Assembly: GCA_054600435.1 (NCBI GenBank)
Contig: BAAIJX010000007.1
Location: forward strand, 434,001 to 498,000
Source of the DNA: Neophaeotheca triangularis
Taxonomy: Eukaryota
DNA length: 64,000 bases
Direction of reading: 5' to 3'
In this document: positions 55,973 through 64,000 of the stretch, in pieces
Numbering within the stretch: the first letter of the stretch is position 1
Layout of the letters: each line of letters begins with the position of its first letter
Made by a program: the position numbers and the translations under genes
Notes under the pieces: model-generated
Database searches by the model: none
The model's input: the letters and a program-made list of their open reading frames with translations, nothing else
Told to the model about the DNA's origin: nothing

Positions 55973-57190
55973 ATGCCGCCCAAAATCCTCAAACTCGCCG
56001 TCTCCCAATCCCGCACGCTTCCCACGCTGCCCGAAACTCTCGCATCTCTGCAAACAACCACCAAACAAGCCGCCGCCCAAAACGTCGACCTCATCCTCTT
56101 CCCGGAAGCCTACCTAGGCGGCTACCCGCGCACCTGCTCCTTCGGTGCCGCCGTTGGCGCTCGCAGCGACGCCGGCCGCGAGCAATTCCTCCACTACTTC
56201 CAATCGTGCGTGGACCTCGGGGACACGCCCGCGGGCGCGGGAGACGCGTGGTTGGAGAAGAAATTACCCGTCGCCAGGGACGCGGAGTTCAGGGGAGATG
56301 GGACGAGGGAGTTTGTCGAGCGCGTGGCGCGGGAGACGGGGGTTTTCGTCGTGACGGGGGTCGTGGAGCGCGCCGGCGGCTCGCTGTATTGCGCCGTGCT
56401 GTATGTGTGTCCGAGGCTGGGGGTGCTGGGCAAGAGGCGCAAAGTCATGCCCACGGGCTCTGAGCGCTTGGTGTGGGCGCAGGGCTCGCCTTCGACGCTC
56501 AAGGCTGTGACTACGACGATCAGGGGCGTGAGGTTGACTATGGCGGCGGCGATTTGTTGGGAGAATTGCATGCCGCTGTTGAGGTATAGTTTGTATTCGC
56601 AGAATGTGAATCTGTACTTGGCCCCGACGGCCGATGCCAGGGATACGTGGCATCCACTCATGAGGACGGTGGGCCAGGAAAGTAGGGCGTTTGTGTTGAG
56701 TGCCAATATGTGTGTGAGGAGGAAGCATTTGCCTGAGTGGATTACGGGGAAGAAGAGTGCGGACAGTGGTAGTACTGGTAGTGCTGGTGCGGTCTCGAGC
56801 TCGTCGAGGGGGAGGCGGAGGTCCAGCATGACTGTCAAGGAGGGTCAGCATGACATTGTGCTCCCTTCTGTTGACGAGAATGGGCGGGCGTCTGAGTCCC
56901 AAGGTTCTGCGGTTGCAGAGGCAGCTCACAGCTCAACGTCTTACGAAGCCAATGTGGACCCTGCTGACGAGGACTATGTATGCCGAGGTGGATCCTGCAT
57001 CGTTGGTCCAATGGGTCAGCCTCTACAAGGTCCACTTTGGGAAGTCGAAGACGGAGGGCTGTTGATCACTGAGGCTGACTTTGAAGACTGCGAACGAGGG
57101 AGGCTGGACCTGGATGTTGCTGGAAGCTACTCAAGAAACGATGCCTTTAAGCTTACTGTAGAGGGATTGGACCTCAACCCCCCGCCTTAA
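55973..57190 (+). CDS. Nitrilase / carbon-nitrogen hydrolase (Nit1-like)
   Basis: Glu-Lys-Cys triad: [24 protein letters not shown] and AICWEN; C-terminal [10 protein letters not shown]. Confidence 0.92.
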   Translation: MPPKILKLAVSQSRTLPTLPETLASLQTTTKQAAAQNVDLILFPEAYLGGYPRTCSFGAAVGARSDAGREQFLHYFQSCVDLGDTPAGAGDAWLEKKLPVARDAEFRGDGTREFVERVARETGVFVVTGVVERAGGSLYCAVLYVCPRLGVLGKRRKVMPTGSERLVWAQGSPSTLKAVTTTIRGVRLTMAAAICWENCMPLLRYSLYSQNVNLYLAPTADARDTWHPLMRTVGQESRAFVLSANMCVRRKHLPEWITGKKSADSGSTGSAGAVSSSSRGRRRSSMTVKEGQHDIVLPSVDENGRASESQGSAVAEAAHSSTSYEANVDPADEDYVCRGGSCIVGPMGQPLQGPLWEVEDGGLLITEADFEDCERGRLDLDVAGSYSRNDAFKLTVEGLDLNPPP

Positions 57191-57544
57191 TTCGGAGAGA
57201 GAGTTACGAAACAATTTAGAGGAACAAAGAAATGATCTTCCATTCGCAATGATACTAGCTGGCCGGGGACAAACACCTTAACACCTCTGCTCGTCCGCTA
57301 GTCCCACGACCGTTCAAAAATTGACCACCAAAGAAAACGCCCATGAATCATTCAGAATGCGGCGAGGTGTTACTAGCGTCGAGAAGAGCTCTTGCTATCG
57401 CCCTGAGGGCAGACCCAAACACCGCTCCACCGTGTGCTCATAGCGAGTGATTGTCCACCTTATCGCATCGAGTGTCCCCTGTGCTTAGGTCTACGAGCCT
57501 TGATAACGGGGCCCTTCTTCGTGTACTTCTCAGTCATTAGCACG

Positions 57545-58576
57545 CTAGGTCTTCTTGCGCAATTTCATGTGGTGTGTAGATTTCCTCACTTTGCTCTCGT
57601 CAACGTCTGGCTCGATGTAGCTGTCGCCCATCTTGCGCTTCTTGCAGCGAGCCTTCTGCTCTTGGGCTGTGTGCAGCTTTTGCCTGCTATCTTTCGCATC
57701 CTGTGATGCCAGAAACTTGAGCCTTGATACATAGGCTTGGTCCCAGGCTCTACCCTCCAAGTTGGCCTTCTCGACGGGATCGCGCTGGGCCGTGCAGAGG
57801 GGGCAGTGGAACTCCACTCCCTCTTTCGTGTAGTGCGTGATATCGACTTCCTGAAGGTTGAGGCAGGTGTCGTGGTATTTCTTGCCGCAGTAATCGCACT
57901 GACGGTACTCGCCGTGCTCTGGCATGCGGCAAATGCAGTGGAGCTCCTCGCGCTCCTCCTCCTCCCCGGCGCCCTGAGGGTCTTCGTCGTCGCCCTCCCC
58001 GTAGTCGTGCTCGCGACCCTCCACATCCACGTCCTCGTCGCCCTGGTCAAGCATGCTGTCGTCCGTGCGATCGCCAGTGTCGATGGCGGCCGGCAAAGCC
58101 TGCTTTTTGTTGCCCATGTTCGCCATGGCTTGCGTCAGGGGCCCGAGGTCAGTCACGTAGGCGCGCACCTCGCCCTTCTCGTCGAACGCCAAGATGGTGT
58201 CCTTGCCTGGCCTCACGGCCCTGAAGAGCTTGTAGTCGATGTGGTCCGCGACCAAGGTGCCGTCCTTCACCCCACCGAGAGGCCTGCTGTGGACCTTTTG
58301 CCCCGGGAATTTGCCACTCTTGGTGGTCTTGTTGTCGTCGTTGTTGCTGGTGGAGGGGTTGTTGGCCCCAGCGCCGCCCATGTTGCTAGTCTCCGTATCA
58401 GCAAGCTTGAGCTTGCTCATACGGGTGGCCGTAGCCGAGACTTGAGCGTCCATGGGGGTCGGTAGAGCGGAGGAAGAGGGTGTGGCGGCGGCGGTGGTGC
58501 TGTTGCTGAGGAAAATGCGTTAGTAGGACTCCACACACACACCGAAGGGGTGCAGAACTTACGGAAGGTCGTTCAT
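57545..58576 (-). CDS. Small PHD-finger protein
   Basis: Short exon 58576-58563 (MNDLP), intron 58562-58506 (GTAAGT..CTAAC..CAG), then an open frame with an acidic tract and LHCICRMPEHGEYRQCDYCGKKYHDTC...FHCPLC; basic C-terminus. Confidence 0.78.
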
Positions 58577-60393
58577 GGCTGCTTTGTTGGTGAGGTTTGT
58601 GGTTGTGAGTGCGAAAATGTGGTCGCGGTGGAAGAGAAAGTCGAAGGTGGGAAGCGACAATTTGGGAAGGTATGAGTCCTAAGTGATGTTTATGCTTGGC
58701 GCCCCCTTATCATTGGCCAGCGCCTCTTGCCTGACGCCATAGCAGAATGCCTCAGGCTCTCGACGGCGGGAGGGGGGTGCTCGCGGCGAAGTTGTTGATG
58801 TCTTGGTCGTCCGCCATGGGCTAAAGTTGGGTAGACGAAGGCTGTATGTCTTTCGATCGAAACTCTTGGAGCTGTATGGCAAAGCCGATTTATACGCCGG
58901 GGAGAAATTAGGAGTACCTCCTTCTAACCCCAAATCTACCCTAACGCCTTTTCGTAGTAGGGATTTGCGTTCCTCAAAAAGGGGCGTAAACAGGTCAGTC
59001 ATAGATCCACAAACTCTTTCGGCCACCGTATCAAATATCTTGGCCGTCCGCCACGGGCTCGAAAGGGGTGGATACAACCTGTCCGGCTGCTGAACAGCTC
59101 TGTAAAAGTCGTGCCATCAGGTAATTTCGTATGCCGGGGAGCAAATACTCAGACACTTTTGGCAGCGTATAAAGTTGTCTGCCGCAGGTTCCCATAGTTG
59201 TTGGTTACTTAGTCCACAGGCATCATGAGCAACTTAACTTTATTGGAGATCTGTATCGGATTCTTTTCAACTGTTGTCAGTTCTCAGAAGGCGGAAAAGG
59301 GGGTTGGAGAGATCAGAAATAAATTCCCAAAAGCTCACGGTATGTTTGAGAGTATCTACCTAAGCTCAACAATGACACATCACGGCAGGCCGAGGGCTTC
59401 TGTCATAGAAACCGATGTAGAATGAGCTCCGTTACTCCACTATGATGGTTGCTGAGAAAGCGAATGTCACCTGGCCGCGGCTACGATCCATTCGCCAATT
59501 GGGCGAGAAAGCCCTGACATCTCCCCTAGCCTGCATCGGTGCACTTCATTGTCTTCCGGCCAAATCTTAGCCTTTTCTGGCTCGGTCGAAATCGAGACAG
59601 GAGGGGGTTGCCAGCGATATCTGTTGTGCCGCAGCATACGAGGTACGAAAAGTTCGGCTACTTCTTGAGGCGCAGGAACCCGGGATGGCAAATATAGCGA
59701 GACATACGCTTTCATTCGTTTTTTTGCCTTGACCCAGTGTCAATGAGCTGGGCCGGTTACCAGTCCAGCCGGTTAGAATGTCTCCAGCACCCTAGCCCAG
59801 CAACCTGGCAGTGTCAAGGTGTCGACATGTCGATTATTGTGGTGCGTCGAGACAAGAAGGAGGGTAGACACAAAGGGAGCGAGGACACAGGCTTCATGGC
59901 CTAGCAGTAGGAAGACACATTAGGAATCTTGTGGATCAGTAACTCACGGTGGGTTCTGATTGCTGAAGATTCGAACACTGGCTGCCGGAATGGCCACCGA
60001 CGCTCCGACGGTGGCAATGATCTAATTACTGTTATTGTATTGTTTCAGCCCAGGTGTAGTGTTTGTGCTGCTTTGCAATGGCATCAGTCTTCGGCTTGAG
60101 GTCGGCGTGTTCTCAGGAGTTGATCAAAGAACAGCCGCATTTTCTTGGTGCTGGCAGCGTCGCCGTGAAGGCGCAAGGAACGGCTCAAAACTTAACGTAG
60201 ATGGCAAAACCCCGCCGAGAGCTCGAAACTCCACGCACTTGGCGCAACAACACTCCAGAGAAAGTCCTCTCCGGCAGGATTTGGCGAAAAAAAAATCCCG
60301 GCGAGTTTTTGCAAAACCGAGCATAGGGCGTGCCCAAAAAACCGAAAAACAGCCACTCGATAGCGCGGTTTGACGCCAGCCAATCAAGGCCTC

Positions 60394-60882
60394 TCAGGGG
60401 TTCTGCTGTCGAAAAACTCGATTCGAAGGACGATGAGGGCTGATAGAAAAGCTCACCAGTCGCCAGCAACTAGACTCATAAGCAGCTGGTGAAAGCTTCA
60501 GCAACAGCCCACCAAGACTCAGGTTCGCGGTGCGGGTATGGCTGATTTCTGCCTCGTCTGGATTTTCTAAAGCGTGGTTGACCATTCTCTCTTAGCTGAT
60601 GAGCAAATATACTCCGGTATAGGCCGATGGCTGTGTTTGGCTGGCCGCTGAAGGGAAAGACGAGTTGTACCAACGTTACGATGACAGTGTGTTGTAAGGC
60701 AAAAAGGTTTGCAGGCCCGCAATGTCGGCGCCGAAAGCAAAGTTGCCGTTACCAACCTCCAAGGGGGTGGCGCTAGAGGATGCATCTCGAGTAGGGTTAG
60801 AGCGGCGAACGAGCTGTTCCCTCTTGAGGTAGGCATGGACTCCCACAGTAAGTAGAACGCATTCTGGCGCAGAAGGGACCAT
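60394..60882 (-). pseudogene. Possible decayed BTB/POZ-like gene
   Basis: One frame reads CVLLTVGVHAYLKREQLVRRS...DIAGLQTFLPY..*...VYLLIS*ERMVNHALEN, with a BTB-like pattern and two in-frame stops. Confidence 0.25.
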
Positions 60883-61483
60883 CTTTTGTCGATGTTTTCA
60901 GACTAAAGGTGTAGGGAAGAAGATTAAGCATGCTCAATGGGCGAGGCAGCCCAACGTGTTATGTTCATCAGGTTCTTGATCGTCGATTGCTTGTGCAGTG
61001 CGGAAGCATGTCTTCCACCCATCAGGAGAAATTCTCAGGTTGGACGATACTCCACTTCCGTCGGGTAAAGAGAGCCCAAAGGCTATTGAGCTCGGGTCTA
61101 TCGGAAAAGCATTACCGCAAGGGGCTTGTCTCGAGAGCTGGGCTGGTTTCTGGCTTGGAACATGGTGGAAGTGGAGGTATATAGTAAGTACAAAAGAATA
61201 CGTAGGGAGAGCTCAAGACACGGATGAAGCTGTGCAAGCTACCGAAGTCTTTGCCTCGAGACGAGGTCGAGCTTGGCGAGAGCATACTCCAACTTCATCC
61301 CAGGGTTGTCCTACTGATTCTATCGAGAAAATAATAACAGCGAGACAGCACGAACGATTGAGAATTATCAAGTGACAGTTAAGTGTTCATGTCATTCTCC
61401 CCTCCATCGAATGCCAATCCAAACTCCAACGCCATGCTATATGCAATTCACCTCAGCACCTTCAAATGCCTTGCACCTGCCCT

Positions 61484-62509
61484 CTACCTCTTCTGCCTCT
61501 TCGCCCTAGGCTCCCCTACTTGAACCCCAAAGTCACGATGAAAATCCGCCACCTGTGTCGACTGAAGCCTGTCCATCCAAAAAGCTCTCTCATCCGGATC
61601 ACTCAACTCACTCTCACTGCTCTCATCACCTTCACCATCGTCCTCGGCCCCCTCGTCCTCATCCTCCTCACCCTCATCCTCGCCCTCCGCGCTAGAGGCA
61701 GGCGCATCGCGTTCTTGCGCATCTTTGATTTCCTTCACCCACGCATACGCACCATCGATAGCCTCCTTGACCTTAATCCTACCAGCGCGGCTCTCCTCAT
61801 AGCTTCTCACCTCCTCAGCCATGCCATAGGCGAAATCCTCAACCAAGTCCAACCGGTCCTCCTCATCATTGTAGATTTCCAGTAAATACGTCTTCTCGCC
61901 GTCCCTAACAAGGCGACACTCGACCTCGCCGCCGGCCTTGAGATCCTGCTCCGTGTACACGTTGCCCCTGCGGGTGGTAATCGTCCTTGGCCGCGTGGAG
62001 CAAGACCTACGCATCGGGCCCAGCGCAGGCTGCTCGATGTTCACGACCTCGTGGATCATGAACAGCGGGATGCAAGTCTCTGCTAGTCGGAGGCCGGGAA
62101 CGTTGTACAGGGCGGGGACGTAACGCTGGGGATCCTGCTCCCGGCGAGCGACGGCGTCGACGACGCGGTAGACGGCGAGCTCGTAGATGCTGCCCGCGAT
62201 GCCGTGCTGTTCCAAGCAGCGCCTTAGCATGTAGGGGACGCAGAAGGACTCGTCGGCCGAGAGGTAGTCGTCGGTGTCGATGTGGGTGACGATTTGGCCC
62301 GTGGCGCTGATGTTGATGTCGTGCTCGCTCTCGCGAGGGTGCTTGCGGTCGTTGTTGACGATTTCTACCTTGCGCGCAAAGGGAAGGGTGCCGAGGATTG
62401 GGTGGTCGCGTTCGATGAGGGTGAAGCCGCGGTGGAAGTACTCGAGCCCCGTGGCTGCTGGGAGGGAGCTGGGGATTGTGGGGGTCGTATTCGTTTGAGG
62501 AGTCGCCAT
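61484..62509 (-). CDS. Hypothetical protein with acidic C-terminal tract and terminal basic (NLS-like) RAKRQKR
   Basis: 341-aa intronless ORF from ATG with protein-like composition; no family recognised. Confidence 0.72.
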   Translation of the reverse strand: MATPQTNTTPTIPSSLPAATGLEYFHRGFTLIERDHPILGTLPFARKVEIVNNDRKHPRESEHDINISATGQIVTHIDTDDYLSADESFCVPYMLRRCLEQHGIAGSIYELAVYRVVDAVARREQDPQRYVPALYNVPGLRLAETCIPLFMIHEVVNIEQPALGPMRRSCSTRPRTITTRRGNVYTEQDLKAGGEVECRLVRDGEKTYLLEIYNDEEDRLDLVEDFAYGMAEEVRSYEESRAGRIKVKEAIDGAYAWVKEIKDAQERDAPASSAEGEDEGEEDEDEGAEDDGEGDESSESELSDPDERAFWMDRLQSTQVADFHRDFGVQVGEPRAKRQKR

Positions 62510-63305
62510 GATGATGGATGTGGTGGACGATTGAATTCTATGTAGACAGTAGTCTTGATTGAGGTGTGGCTGTGGCTGCCTGGTGGGTATCCGACGTCGA
62601 GACGCAATGGTATTCGAATGTATGGTTTTCTAGAAGAGTGCAATTGTCTTGAAAGTATTCGAGCTAGTACGTGAGTGGTCACTTGTGATAGATTGATGGT
62701 TTGCAGAAGCAAGGTCTGATTTACAGCGATAGCAGAAGTTCCTGCTTTATGCTTGTAGCTTGTGAGGACATGAGGTACTACACGCCTCAATACGAAGACA
62801 ATAGACCTAACCTAATCGATTCCTGCAACTTCTATTGTCCTCAAACAATTGCAAGTGCACCGTCGTATTTGTTTTCAGTAGGCTTACTACCACGTACTGT
62901 AATTGGTGAAGTCCGACCCACTTTTCTCCGCGCTAGCGTGAGGACAAGTGAAGGGACTTGCTACTAAGCAAGATCGCCCAAAGCGACAATCACGCCTAGC
63001 TCAAGGCGGAAAGAACGATGGTCAGACTCTGGAAACCAAAACAACCGACGGAAAAGATCAATCGCGAGTATCTGTAGTATACCATGATATAGCGCTTCAA
63101 TTCAAGCGGAGACCGTCCAGAACGACCATGTTTAGCACTACGTGAGAGAGAACGACCAGACTCGAGACATTTGAACAGCGAAACAACACACTTAAACCGA
63201 TTCGAAGATATTAGCAGAATACAAAACCCCGAATCAACCCCAGAAACAAAGCCGCCCAAGGCGAAGAACAAAACCCCAATGCATCACCCCCTTCGCTCCT
63301 CAAGC

Positions 63306-64000
63306 CTAAAAAACCCCCTCTTCATGCCTCAGCCTCTCGCGCCCGCTAGCAAGCTCCTCGGCAATCATCTCGCAAACCAGACTCCCGTCGGCGTAGTCTG
63401 GGCCGAGCTCGCCATCATCATCGCTCTGGCTCTCGCTCTCGCTCTCGCCGTCACCATCGCTATCGCTGTCGCTGTCCACGGAAGTCTCCTCACTGCCAAA
63501 AGACCCTGAGCTGCAAGCTCCGCTCCCATCAACAAGCGTGGCGACCCCACTCCCCCAGCTGCCCAAATCCCCTCCATCGCCCTCATCCTCATCGCCCTCG
63601 TCGACCCCGCGACCACCAACCTCAGCCTCTACCCCCACCTTCCGCCACACCCTCCGCCCCCTCCCAAAGCTCCCGCCCACAGCTTCCAGCCTCGGTGAGA
63701 GAAGCACCCGGTCCGGTTGTTTAGCCGCTCTTTCATGCTGCCGAGGCTCTTCAGGCGAGGGGAACTGAGTTACCAGACGCAGGGGAGCGAGAAGGGTGCG
63801 ACGCGTTGGGAGGACAGGAGAGAGCGGCAGACCGCCAATTTTCTTCACGGTGGTGTCTGCGGCGATGGCGGCGGCGACGTTGGTAGCGACCGCGGTCGCC
63901 CCGCGTCGGCCCTGGATGACCACTTTGGCAGGCAAGGGCGGTGTTTGGGACGACGGGTTTTCTTCCTGCTGGTTTTGGGTTTTGCGCTTGGTTTGTTCGG
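63306..64000 (-). CDS. 3' part of a hypothetical protein (5' end beyond window) with D/E/S-rich tail
   Basis: Frame is open from the window edge to the stop at 63306 and ends DSDSDSDGDGESESESQSDDD...EEGVF. Confidence 0.5.
   Translation of the reverse strand, partial: EQTKRKTQNQQEENPSSQTPPLPAKVVIQGRRGATAVATNVAAAIAADTTVKKIGGLPLSPVLPTRRTLLAPLRLVTQFPSPEEPRQHERAAKQPDRVLLSPRLEAVGGSFGRGRRVWRKVGVEAEVGGRGVDEGDEDEGDGGDLGSWGSGVATLVDGSGACSSGSFGSEETSVDSDSDSDGDGESESESQSDDDGELGPDYADGSLVCEMIAEELASGRERLRHEEGVF

Overview
Eukaryotic, intron-containing genomic DNA of a filamentous ascomycete (Pezizomycotina; the short GT..CTAAC/CTGAC..YAG introns and gene content suggest a Dothideomycete, which is inference). 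About 25 protein-coding genes can be modelled. Conserved ones: enoyl-CoA hydratase, Zn-dependent formaldehyde/alcohol dehydrogenase, cyclophilin, histidine phosphatase/phytase, DBF2 kinase, EGD1/NAC-beta, REC8, UBP6, glucokinase, GNAT, MIC19, SET-MYND, a C2H2 transcription factor, an RBM39-like splicing factor, SCS7, pectate lyase, PUS7 and a nitrilase. Two islands (about 31.7-45.7 kb and 57.5-64 kb) hold orphan-like genes, including two PHD-finger proteins, and decayed reading frames. I found no tRNA, rRNA or intact transposon. Most interesting observations: (1) EGD1 needs a single-nucleotide exon (G8965) to restore its conserved frame, followed by a self-complementary intron; (2) glucokinase has a 125-codon, AUG-free, in-frame upstream extension starting at a CUG in strong context and encoding a transmembrane helix; (3) the C2H2 factor has a ~1.26 kb AUG-free leader ending in a strong-context GUG; (4) sharp C/A-rich to G/T-rich strand-skew switches recur every few kb regardless of gene orientation and visibly change synonymous codon use. 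All gene identities come from recognising motifs by eye; no database searches were run.
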